Notes under the pieces: generated by a model
Databases searched by the model: none
What the model was told of the DNA's origin: nothing
The model's input: the letters and a program-made list of their open reading frames with translations, nothing else
In this document: piece by piece, positions 18,470-27,166 of the stretch
Layout of the letters: every line of letters begins with the position of its first letter
How positions within the stretch are numbered: position 1 is the first letter of the stretch
Assembly: GCA_038042445.1 (NCBI GenBank)
Contig: JBBTED010000067.1
Span: forward strand, 15,309-79,308
DNA length: 64,000 bases
Reading direction: 5' to 3'
Source of the DNA: Candidatus Firestoneibacteriota bacterium
GTDB taxonomy: Bacteria; Oederibacteriota; D2-FULL-39-29; JBBTED01
Made by a program: the position numbers and the translations under genes

Positions 18470-19723
18470 ATGGATAAAATAATAATAAAGGGTGGCAGAA
18501 GATTAAAAGGGGTAGTTACAATAAGTGGTTCTAAAAATGCAAGTTTGCCAATAATTGCAGCTAGTCTTTTGGCTAATTCAAATGTAACATTAGAAAATAT
18601 TCCTCAGTTAAGAGATGTTACTACTATGATTAAGGTGATTACTGCATTGGGTGCGAGGGTGGAAATAAAAAGGCAGGTATTAAATATAAATCCTGAAGGG
18701 TTTAAATGTAAGGAAGCTCCATATCAGTTAGTAAGAACAATGAGGGCTTCTATATATGTGATGGGTCCTCTACTTGCAAAATTTGGATATGCAAAGGTAT
18801 CTTTGCCAGGAGGTTGTGTGATTGGAGTAAGGCCTATAAATTTACATCTTAAAGGGTTTGAAAAATTAGGTGCAAAAGTTAAAATTGAGCATGGATATGT
18901 TGAGGCAAAAGCTAAAAAACTTAAAGGTGCTGAAATTGATTTGGATTGTCCAAGTGTTGGTGCTACAGCAAATTTAATGATGGCAGCTACTTTAGCCCAA
19001 GGAAAAACTGTAATAAGAAATGCTGCAAAAGAACCGCATATAGTTGATTTGGGAAATTTTCTAAAAAAAATGGGAGCTAAAATTAAAGGATATGGGACGG
19101 ATTGCATAAGCATAACAGGTGTCCGGGAACTTTCCGGATGTATTCATGAAATAATTCCAGATTACATAGAAGCCGGAACTTTTATTACTTGTGCAGCAAT
19201 AACAAAAGGTAATGTGATTTTAAATAAAGTACCTGTATCTGATTTGGAAACTGTAATATCAAAGTTTAAAGAAGCAGGTGTTAGTATAATAGAAGAGAGT
19301 CCGAATTCCTTACGTATTAAAATGTCAAAAAATATAAAGGCAATAGATATAAATACATCGCCACATCCTGGGTTTCCTACAGATATGCAGGCACAGTGGA
19401 TGGCGGTTATGAGTGTTGCAAATGGCACAAGTGTAATAACAGAAAGTATATGGGAAAATAGGTTTATGCATGTTGCTGAATTAAGAAGAATGGGAGCTGA
19501 TATAACACTTGATGGAAACACTGCTATAATAAAAGGAGTGAAATCTTTAAGTAGTGCGCAAGTTATGGTTTCAGATTTAAGAGCCGGTGCTGCACTTGTA
19601 ATAGCTGGCCTTACAGCAAAAGGAGAAACTGAAATTTCAAGAATCTATCATCTTGATAGAGGTTATGAAAAAATAGAGGAAAAGTTAGTAAGATTAGGTG
19701 CAGATATTAAAAGGATAAAATAA
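18470..19723 (+). CDS. murA: UDP-N-acetylglucosamine 1-carboxyvinyltransferase
   Basis: SGSKNA, LPGGCVIGVRP (active Cys), FPTDMQ, DLRAGA, HLDRGY. Confidence 0.98.
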   Translation: MDKIIIKGGRRLKGVVTISGSKNASLPIIAASLLANSNVTLENIPQLRDVTTMIKVITALGARVEIKRQVLNINPEGFKCKEAPYQLVRTMRASIYVMGPLLAKFGYAKVSLPGGCVIGVRPINLHLKGFEKLGAKVKIEHGYVEAKAKKLKGAEIDLDCPSVGATANLMMAATLAQGKTVIRNAAKEPHIVDLGNFLKKMGAKIKGYGTDCISITGVRELSGCIHEIIPDYIEAGTFITCAAITKGNVILNKVPVSDLETVISKFKEAGVSIIEESPNSLRIKMSKNIKAIDINTSPHPGFPTDMQAQWMAVMSVANGTSVITESIWENRFMHVAELRRMGADITLDGNTAIIKGVKSLSSAQVMVSDLRAGAALVIAGLTAKGETEISRIYHLDRGYEKIEEKLVRLGADIKRIK

Positions 19724-19735
19724 GTAGTTAATAAA

Positions 19736-20104
19736 ATGATGAATCTAACAAAAGGTCAAATAGAAGCTCAGATTAGTGAAGCAATAATTAAGTTTGAGAA
19801 AGAATATATGGGTAGAGGTCCTGTTGAAACCAAAACATATATTATAAAAGATATAGTTTTTGTTCGGCTTAAAGGTGTTCTTACGCCTGCAGAAGAACAG
19901 TTGGCAAAAACTGTTGAAGGCGCAAATTTAATAAAAAGGACACGAGTTCAATTATTAGAGAGTGCCAGGTTTTTTTTAGAAAATATTATTTTGGATATTA
20001 CAGCTTGTACAGTAAAAAGTCTCCATAGTGATATTAGTGTAAAAACTGGTGAGAGAATTATTATCTTTACTCTGGATAAAAATTTAGAAGACAATTTTAA
20101 TTGA
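19736..20104 (+). CDS. DUF2294 / MpsC-family protein
   Basis: TKGQIEA.ISEA..KFEKEYMGRGP, GVLTPAE, SLHSDIS.KTGE. Confidence 0.88.
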   Translation: MMNLTKGQIEAQISEAIIKFEKEYMGRGPVETKTYIIKDIVFVRLKGVLTPAEEQLAKTVEGANLIKRTRVQLLESARFFLENIILDITACTVKSLHSDISVKTGERIIIFTLDKNLEDNFN

Positions 20105-20129
20105 CGACAATTATTTTTTAGTATAAGAT
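20101..20129 (+). promoter_or_regulatory. sigma70-type promoter overlapping the DUF2294 stop codon
   Basis: TTGACG-17 nt-TAAGAT. Confidence 0.55.
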
Positions 20130-20187
20130 TCTTTAGGTTAATAATTGGAAGATTAAGCAAAAACTAGTTAAATAGTAGTTGTTTGAT

Positions 20188-20245
20188 AAGCCAACATTAA
20201 AACTTTCGAGTTTGTATATGGTGGAAAGTTAATGTTGGCTTTTTT
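20188..20245 (+). terminator. Long leader hairpin with U-tract (candidate attenuator)
   Basis: AAGCCAACATT-aa-AACTTTC / GAAAGTT-AATGTTGGCTT, 16-nt loop, then T-run. Confidence 0.75.
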
Positions 20246-20290
20246 ATTTGCAATGCTATTTAAATTAAGTATGTCAGAAAAACATAGTAT

Positions 20291-20473
20291 ATGATTATAT
20301 TAAAAATACATTGTCCTGTTTTTAAGCACAAAATTCACTGTTCTCAACTTGAAGATACAGAGGCGTCAGAACTTTCTGAAGAAAAACGTTATGAATTCTG
20401 TTTTAGTAAATGTCCTGTATGGAAAAAAGCACAAGAAAATGTCACAATACAGAGATTACCCACAGATAGATAA
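20291..20473 (+). CDS. Small Cys-rich hypothetical protein
   Basis: HCP..HC...CFSKCP, 60 aa; overlaps next gene. Confidence 0.4.
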   Translation: MIILKIHCPVFKHKIHCSQLEDTEASELSEEKRYEFCFSKCPVWKKAQENVTIQRLPTDR

Positions 20474-20963
20474 TACTTCATACATCGATTCTACAGCAGT
20501 AGTAATTGGTAAAGTAAAAATAGGTAGAAATGTTTACATTGGTCCAGGTGTTGTTATTAGAGTTGATGAAGCTAATAGTTCGGTTGTTATTCATTCTAAC
20601 TGTAATATTCAGGATAGAGTTGTAATTCATGCTTTAGAAGGAACGCATGTAGAGATAGGGGAGAACACATCTCTTTCTCATGGTTGTATAGTTCATGGTC
20701 CTTGTAAAATTGGTGATAGATGTTTTATTGGTTTTGGTGCGGTTATTTTTAATGCTAACTTAGGTAACGGAGTAATTGTTAAACACTTAGCAGTTGTAGA
20801 GGAAGTTAAAATTCCTTCTAAAAGAATAGTGCCTAATGGGGTTGTTATTGATTTGAAAACTGGAGTTAAAAATTTAGAAAATGTAAGTAGAAAATTAAAA
20901 ATATTCGCTCAAAAAGTAGTTACTGCTAATTTGAAATTAGTAAAAAAATATAAAAATGTATAA
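20439..20963 (+). CDS. Gamma-class carbonic anhydrase / hexapeptide-repeat protein
   Basis: IRVDE, NIQDRVVIH, SHGCIVHGPC (three Zn-ligand His). Confidence 0.88.
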   Translation: MSQYRDYPQIDNTSYIDSTAVVIGKVKIGRNVYIGPGVVIRVDEANSSVVIHSNCNIQDRVVIHALEGTHVEIGENTSLSHGCIVHGPCKIGDRCFIGFGAVIFNANLGNGVIVKHLAVVEEVKIPSKRIVPNGVVIDLKTGVKNLENVSRKLKIFAQKVVTANLKLVKKYKNV

Positions 20964-21534
20964 AGCAGTGTTTTTAGATAGAGATGGGACAATAAATGAA
21001 GATGTGGGGGATTTTTGTTCTCCAAATAAACTTATTTTTATACCTGGTGCTATTGAGGCATTGAGGATTTTGCAGGAAAAATTTTTACTCTTTATTATTA
21101 CAAATCAATCAGGAATTAGTAAGGGTGTTTTTACTGAAAAAGAATTTATACGATTTAATAAATATTTTAATAAACTTCTTAAAAAAGAAGGTGTTGTAAT
21201 AAAAAAAATCTATTACTGTTCGCATATAAAAGAAGAGAAATGTATTTGTCGTAAGCCTAGTTCATATTTTTTAAAGCAGGCAGTACAAAATTACAATATT
21301 GATTTGAGGAATTCTTATGTTATTGGGGATCATCCTCATGATATAGAAATGGGATATAATGTTGGAGTAAGTTCTATATATCTTTTGACTGGTCACGGTA
21401 AAAAACATAGACAAGATTTAATAATAAAACCGGATTTTATTGCTACTGATCTTTACAAAGCATCAATTTGGATTTTTGCAAAAAACAAGTTAAAAGTTGG
21501 GAAATATTGCAATTTTTTTGAGAATATGATATAA
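20956..21534 (+). CDS. gmhB: HAD-IIIA phosphatase (heptose-1,7-bisphosphate phosphatase-like)
   Basis: FLDRDGTIN, ITNQSG, CSH...CICRKP, IGD. Confidence 0.8.
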   Translation: MYKAVFLDRDGTINEDVGDFCSPNKLIFIPGAIEALRILQEKFLLFIITNQSGISKGVFTEKEFIRFNKYFNKLLKKEGVVIKKIYYCSHIKEEKCICRKPSSYFLKQAVQNYNIDLRNSYVIGDHPHDIEMGYNVGVSSIYLLTGHGKKHRQDLIIKPDFIATDLYKASIWIFAKNKLKVGKYCNFFENMI

Positions 21535-21572
21535 AAATTTTAATAAAGGTAATTAAAAAAGGAGGCAGTATA

Positions 21573-22430
21573 ATGGAAGAAAGAGATATTTATGAGAGTA
21601 TGAAGACAGTGCAGTCTGCAATGAAGAAGCCGGAGGTAAGGATGGCAGTAATTATCGGAGCAATTCTGATAGGTTTTTTGTTTTTTAGACCATGGGTTCA
21701 GGTTGGTCCAGGTGAAAGAGGGGTTGTTCTTAATTTCGGTGCTGTTCAAAAGATTGTGCTTGGAGAAGGAATTCATTTCAGGATACCTGTAGTGCAGAAA
21801 GTTGCTTTTATGGATGTTAAGGTGCAGAAATCTTTAATAAATGCTGCTGCTTCATCGTCTAACCTTCAGGAAGTGAGTTCAGAGGTTGCGATTAACTACC
21901 ACATAATTCCGGATAAAGCAAATATTGTTTATCAATCCATCGGCATATACTTTCAAGAGCGAATCATAGATCCAGCAGTGCAAGAAGTGGTAAAGGCTGT
22001 GTCAGCCAAGTATACAGCAGAAGAGCTTATAACAAAGAGGGCATTGGTAAGCGAGGCAATGAGAGCAAATCTTGCTGAAAGACTTTTCCCGTACAATATA
22101 GCAGTTGATGCATTTTCTATTGTCGGGTTCAGCTTCTCCAAAATATATTTGGAAGCTATTGAGTCAAAGCAGACAGCAGAACAACTTGCACTAAAGGCAA
22201 ATAGAGATCTGGAGAGGATAAAGATAGAAGCAGAACAGAAAATTACGGCAGCCAGGGCAGAAGCTGAATCTCTGAGACTTCAAAGAGCAAATATTTCAAC
22301 AGATCTTATAGAGTTGAGAAAAATAGAGGCAAACCTTAAGGCAATAGATAAATGGAACGGAATATTGCCACAGGTTACAGGTAGCGGGGCAATACCATTT
22401 ATTGGAGTAGGTGATATACAGGGAAAATAA
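21573..22430 (+). CDS. SPFH/prohibitin family protein
   Basis: GERGVV..FG, GIHFRIP, AIESKQTAEQ, KWNG.LP. Confidence 0.92.
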   Translation: MEERDIYESMKTVQSAMKKPEVRMAVIIGAILIGFLFFRPWVQVGPGERGVVLNFGAVQKIVLGEGIHFRIPVVQKVAFMDVKVQKSLINAAASSSNLQEVSSEVAINYHIIPDKANIVYQSIGIYFQERIIDPAVQEVVKAVSAKYTAEELITKRALVSEAMRANLAERLFPYNIAVDAFSIVGFSFSKIYLEAIESKQTAEQLALKANRDLERIKIEAEQKITAARAEAESLRLQRANISTDLIELRKIEANLKAIDKWNGILPQVTGSGAIPFIGVGDIQGK

Positions 22431-22460
22431 ACAAATAATCGTGTATGTGGAGAATTTCCT

Positions 22461-22718
22461 ATGATTAGATATGTTAGTTTTCTTATTATTGTGGGTATTG
22501 TTGGCGGTATTATAGCCAGAAGAAAAGGCCGCAATCCTGTAATTTGGTTTACGTTGTGTGCTCTTTTCCCTTTGCTTATTGTTGTTATTGCATTTTTTCC
22601 GCCTCTGGTATCTAAAGGATATACCAAAAAGTGTTTTTATTGCGCAGAAATAATTAAAGAAGACGCAAGATTTTGCAAACACTGTGGCAAGGAGCAACCT
22701 ATAGATATGGTCAGGTGA
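22461..22718 (+). CDS. Small membrane protein with zinc ribbon
   Basis: IARRKGR..W; CFYCAE...CKHCG. Confidence 0.8.
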   Translation: MIRYVSFLIIVGIVGGIIARRKGRNPVIWFTLCALFPLLIVVIAFFPPLVSKGYTKKCFYCAEIIKEDARFCKHCGKEQPIDMVR

Positions 22719-22841
22719 AAGAATACAGACTATAGTTAAAAAATATGGTTAGGGTGTTTTCTAATAGATAATTCTAAATATAAATAATATCTAAAAATAC
22801 GATTTGTGGAAACTTTATTTTTCTTGTGCTGTGAGTATCTT

Positions 22842-22892
22842 GTAGCGGCGAATGTGAATTCGCAAAATTCGCCGGCTTACATCGACCGCTAC
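22842..22892. repeat. GTAGCGG...CCGCTAC REP doublet
   Basis: Same termini as 42219-42274. Confidence 0.65.
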
Positions 22893-22927
22893 TATTTTAT
22901 TCGTGTTAATTCTATCTGGAGCAAAAT

Positions 22928-24340
22928 ATGTGTAAAACAAAAATTATTTGTACCATAGGTCCTGCATCAGAAAAATCTGCTACAATAGAGAAAATGATAA
23001 AATCAGGTATGGATATTGCACGCCTTAATTTTTCACATGGTTCTTATGAACAACACAGGATATATTTCGATAATATACGTAAAATATCAAATAAATTGAA
23101 TAAGAATATAGGGGTCTTACAGGATTTACAAGGACCGAAAATACGTGTTTGCAAATTTGTTTCGGGAATAAAAAGTATAATTTTAAAACAAGGCGGAAAA
23201 TTTATTTTAACTACAGAAAATTATCCTGAAAGTATGAATAAGGCAAGTGTGGATTATAAAAATCTACATAAATATCTTATTAAAGGTGATAGGGTTTTTC
23301 TTGATGATGGCAAAATAGAACTGTTAGTAAGGAAAGTTGTTAAAAGAAATATCGAGTGTGAAGTAATTGTTGGCGGTGAGTTATATGAACGTAAAGGAAT
23401 TTCGTTGCCTGGTAAGTTCTTGCCACTGCCTGTAATTACTCGACAGGATATAAATGATTTGAATTTTGGTATAAGTCTTGGTGTGAATTATGTTGCTGTA
23501 TCTTTTACAAGAAAAGCGGAGAATATTCTCCAAATTAAAAAATTACTTAAAAAAAATAACAATATTTTAATAATTGCTAAAATTGAAGATGCGGAGGGTA
23601 TAAGTAATATAAATAGTATAATTGATGTTAGTGATGCTATAATGATTGCTCGTGGAGATATGGGTGTATGCTTAACAAGGGCAGAAGTTCCTATAGTACA
23701 AAAAGAAATAATTAGAAAATGTCGTCTGGCAGGAAAGCCAGTAATAGTGGCAACACAAATGCTTGATTCGATGATAACAAATTTTCATCCTACCCGGGCA
23801 GAAGTGAATGATGTTGCTAATAGTGTGTTTGATGGAGCAGATTGTTTAATGCTTTCAGCTGAAACATCTATAGGGAAATATCCAGTAGAAGTAGTACACG
23901 AAATGAGCATCATCATTAACACAGTAGAAAAGTCTGTCGATTATATAAAAGTTTTAACTTCAGAAGAATTTTATCCTTTAGAAAAAGGATTGATTCAAGG
24001 TGTAGGAATAGCAATTGATAAACTTTCACAGGTTGGTGATGTGAAAGCAATAATTTGCTTAACTGAAACTGGCAATACTGCAAAAATAATTTCCCGGTAT
24101 CGTCCGCAATTACCAATAATTGCAATTACAATAAACAGAGCAGTTGCAATGAAACTACTTTTTTATTGGGGATTAAAAGTTTTGGTTGGTAAAAAAGTGA
24201 AAGATGTGGAACAGAATTACAGGATGTTTATAAAGCAAATAAAAAAACAAGGGTTGATTGATAAAGGGGAGCGAGTAATTATAACAAGTGGAATAAGAGA
24301 GAAACCATTTAATGCAGATATTCATATAGTAGAAGTTTGA
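22928..24340 (+). CDS. pyk: Pyruvate kinase
   Basis: TKIICTIGPAS, RLNFSHG, IAKIE, ARGDMG, ATQMLDSM, PTRAE. Confidence 0.97.
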   Translation: MCKTKIICTIGPASEKSATIEKMIKSGMDIARLNFSHGSYEQHRIYFDNIRKISNKLNKNIGVLQDLQGPKIRVCKFVSGIKSIILKQGGKFILTTENYPESMNKASVDYKNLHKYLIKGDRVFLDDGKIELLVRKVVKRNIECEVIVGGELYERKGISLPGKFLPLPVITRQDINDLNFGISLGVNYVAVSFTRKAENILQIKKLLKKNNNILIIAKIEDAEGISNINSIIDVSDAIMIARGDMGVCLTRAEVPIVQKEIIRKCRLAGKPVIVATQMLDSMITNFHPTRAEVNDVANSVFDGADCLMLSAETSIGKYPVEVVHEMSIIINTVEKSVDYIKVLTSEEFYPLEKGLIQGVGIAIDKLSQVGDVKAIICLTETGNTAKIISRYRPQLPIIAITINRAVAMKLLFYWGLKVLVGKKVKDVEQNYRMFIKQIKKQGLIDKGERVIITSGIREKPFNADIHIVEV

Positions 24341-24391
24341 TGGAAAAAGTTGGGGTGTTTCAAAAAAACAAAAGAGAAGGAGGTAATTTAA

Positions 24392-24691
24392 ATGAAACGA
24401 AATGAAAAAGAAGAAGAGTATTTTGTAAAAATTGAATTTGAAAGGAAAAAAAAGATTGAAGTGGAGAAACATAAAAAAATTGCGGATGAAGAAAAGAAAA
24501 GATTAAAGGAATTTCATTATATGAGATGCCCCAAATGTGGGATGAAACTGATAGAGATTGATTATAAAGGTATAAAAATTGATGAATGTTCTGAATGTGA
24601 TGGGATTTGGCTTGATACAGGTGAACTCGAAAGTGTGTCAAAACTTAACAAAACAGGATTTGATAAATTGTTTAGTGTTTTTAAGCGATAA
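24392..24691 (+). CDS. zf-TFIIB domain protein
   Basis: EEEYF; CPKCG; CSECDGIWLDTGELE; RBS AGGAGG. Confidence 0.88.
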   Translation: MKRNEKEEEYFVKIEFERKKKIEVEKHKKIADEEKKRLKEFHYMRCPKCGMKLIEIDYKGIKIDECSECDGIWLDTGELESVSKLNKTGFDKLFSVFKR

Positions 24692-24726
24692 ATATATATA
24701 TTTAAAAAAATGATTATAAAGCTAAA

Positions 24727-24846
24727 TTCAAAACACATCCTTTGTCATTTTTTGAATTAATGTCCATAATTGCATTGTCATCTGTGATATTTTTTGCAAT
24801 AGAGATAGAAAAACTTATTCGAAGAAAATGGTTAAAAACATTTTAG
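24727..24846 (+). pseudogene. C-terminal remnant of a cation (Ca2+-type) P-type ATPase
   Basis: Startless frame FKTHPLSFFELMSIIALSSVIFFAIEIEKLIRRKWLKTF*. Confidence 0.65.
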
Positions 24847-24914
24847 TTGCAATTACTAAATAAAGATATTATATTTAGTAGAAATAAAAATGTATTTTTT
24901 TAAGGAGGATAAAA

Positions 24915-25532
24915 ATGGATTTAAAAACAAAAATGAAATCTCCTTTTGTATTGCTTAGAATGCTTTATGACTGGACTATTTTGTGGTCTCAAAGTAAAAA
25001 AGCGCCTTTTGCTCTTTTTGGTATAGCGTTTAGCGAAAGTTCATTCTTCCCTATACCTCCGGATGTGTTGCTTATTCCTATGGTTGTAGGGCAGAGAAAT
25101 AAGTGGTTTAAGTATGCGTTAATATGTACCATTGGTTCTGTGTTGGGAGGATTATTCGGGTATTTAATAGGATGGGGATTATATGAGACTGTTGGTAAAG
25201 CAATTGTTAATTTTTATAATATGCAAGAAGTAGTAAAAATAGTTGGAACAAAATATGCTGAAAACGCTTTTATTACTGTTTTTACTGCTGCTTTTACTCC
25301 GATACCATATAAGGCAATTACAATTACCGCAGGGGTATTCTTTATTTCACTAAAGACTTTGATTGTAGCATCTATTATTGGGCGGGGAGCAAGATTTTTT
25401 CTTGTTGCTGGTATTCTTAAAATTTATGGTAAGAAACTACAGGACTCAATTGAGAAATACTTTAATATATTTTCTACGATTTTTATTGTATTGTTAATAG
25501 GTGGTATAATTATTTTAAAATATTTTTTTTAA
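24915..25532 (+). CDS. YqaA/DedA (VTT domain) membrane protein
   Basis: ESSFFPIPPDVLLIPM, FTPIPYK, GRGARFF. Confidence 0.92.
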   Translation: MDLKTKMKSPFVLLRMLYDWTILWSQSKKAPFALFGIAFSESSFFPIPPDVLLIPMVVGQRNKWFKYALICTIGSVLGGLFGYLIGWGLYETVGKAIVNFYNMQEVVKIVGTKYAENAFITVFTAAFTPIPYKAITITAGVFFISLKTLIVASIIGRGARFFLVAGILKIYGKKLQDSIEKYFNIFSTIFIVLLIGGIIILKYFF

Positions 25533-25547
25533 AACAGGATGAAGTTT

Positions 25548-25582
25548 TCCCTATTTCTCTCTTGATAAAGGGGTTTAAGGGG
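25548..25582. repeat. Degenerate CCCCTT..AAGGGG-type palindrome
   Basis: Resembles 41072, 50714, 60923. Confidence 0.5.
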
Positions 25583-27165
25583 TGTATGAAATTTCTATGA
25601 ATATTTTAAGTTTATGTTTTGCATTTACTATAGCATTGATATGGCCTATATTTAGGTTTTATGGTGTTTTGCATAATCCTGTTATTATTTCTTTGCTTTC
25701 AGGTTGTTCTATAATGGGTGCTGGATTTTTACTGTCTTGGGCTTCTGAAGCTGCTGAAAAAGATATTCCGAAATCTCTTGCATTAAGCTTACTTGCGCTT
25801 ATTGCTGTATTACCTGAATACGCTATTGATATATATTTTGCCTGGATGGGTGGAAAAGATCCTACATATATTTCTTATGCAGCAGCTAATATGACTGGTG
25901 GAAATAGACTATTAATAGGGCTTGGCTGGTCACTTGTAGTATTTTTGCACTATTTTAAGTCAAAGAAAACTGAGATTGTGGTGGAAAAATCACATCATAT
26001 AGAAATATCCTGTCTTGCTGTTGCAACTTTATATTCATTTATAATACCAATTAAAGGCACGTTGTCTATAGTAGATTCTATATTTCTTATTAGTCTTTTT
26101 TTGTGGTATCTTATAAATATAGCTAAATCAGAAGTTGAAGAACCTCATCTTGTAGGACCTGCCAAAACAATAGCAGATTTAAAAAAACCTATTCGTATAA
26201 GTATAGTAACATTTTTATTTCTTTATTCAGGCCTATGTATTTATCTTGCTGCAGAACCATTTGCCGAAAGTTTGCTTGAAATGGGCAGGCATTACAAAAT
26301 AGAAGAATTTTTGTTAGTTCAGTGGTTAGCACCATTAGCGTCTGAAGCTCCGGAAATAATAGTAGTTTGTATTTTTGTTCTCAAAAGTAAACCTACATCT
26401 GCATTAGGGGCTCTTATTTCATCTAAAATAAATCAATGGACTTTATTGGTTGGAATGTTGCCTTTGGCATTTATGATTTCAGCAGGCAAATTTATGCCTA
26501 TGCATCTTGATGCGCGTCAAACTGAAGAAATTTTGCTAACTTCAGCACAGTCATTATTTGCTATTTCTATTCTGTTGAATTCAAAATTTTCTATAAAAGA
26601 AGCGCTTACACTTTTTATTTTGTTTGCTACGCAAATATTTTTTACATCAGAAACAGCGAGATATGTTTATGTTGTTTTATATCTGATTTTAACTGTAGTA
26701 ATGTTGTTTAAATATAGGTCGCATTTGAAAGTTCTAATCAAAGTGTTCATTCCAGTAATATTGATTTTTCTTGTAGGTTGTGGTTCAAATATTCAAGTCA
26801 TTCGTCAGGATGGGATTAATGAATCTGAAGCTCAGATAGTTTCAATAATAGGGACAGGCAAAATTTTATCTGTTAGCGATAAAGAAGTATGGGTGAATGT
26901 AGATAGCAATTCTGATGTTAAAGAAAACGAAATATTACTGGTTTATCGTAAAGTTTCTGATTATAAAGTGTTAACTGCTATTTCTGCAGTAAAAACAGGA
27001 AAAGTAAAATTAATTAAAAAAATTACTAATACAATTTATACAGCGGAAATAATTGAACAAATGTATAGTATTGTGCCCGGAGATTTTGCACTAAGTGAGA
27101 CAATAATGCGCGAAGAAGAAAAAAAGACTCCTCCATTTGAGACATTGCCAACACATATCCATTAA
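25582..27165 (+). CDS. Sodium:calcium (CaCA) antiporter with C-terminal lipoprotein-like extension
   Basis: AVLPEYA, AANMTGGN, PLASEAPE, ISSKINQW; then internal LVGC lipobox. Confidence 0.85.
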   Translation: MYEISMNILSLCFAFTIALIWPIFRFYGVLHNPVIISLLSGCSIMGAGFLLSWASEAAEKDIPKSLALSLLALIAVLPEYAIDIYFAWMGGKDPTYISYAAANMTGGNRLLIGLGWSLVVFLHYFKSKKTEIVVEKSHHIEISCLAVATLYSFIIPIKGTLSIVDSIFLISLFLWYLINIAKSEVEEPHLVGPAKTIADLKKPIRISIVTFLFLYSGLCIYLAAEPFAESLLEMGRHYKIEEFLLVQWLAPLASEAPEIIVVCIFVLKSKPTSALGALISSKINQWTLLVGMLPLAFMISAGKFMPMHLDARQTEEILLTSAQSLFAISILLNSKFSIKEALTLFILFATQIFFTSETARYVYVVLYLILTVVMLFKYRSHLKVLIKVFIPVILIFLVGCGSNIQVIRQDGINESEAQIVSIIGTGKILSVSDKEVWVNVDSNSDVKENEILLVYRKVSDYKVLTAISAVKTGKVKLIKKITNTIYTAEIIEQMYSIVPGDFALSETIMREEEKKTPPFETLPTHIH

Positions 27166-27166
27166 G

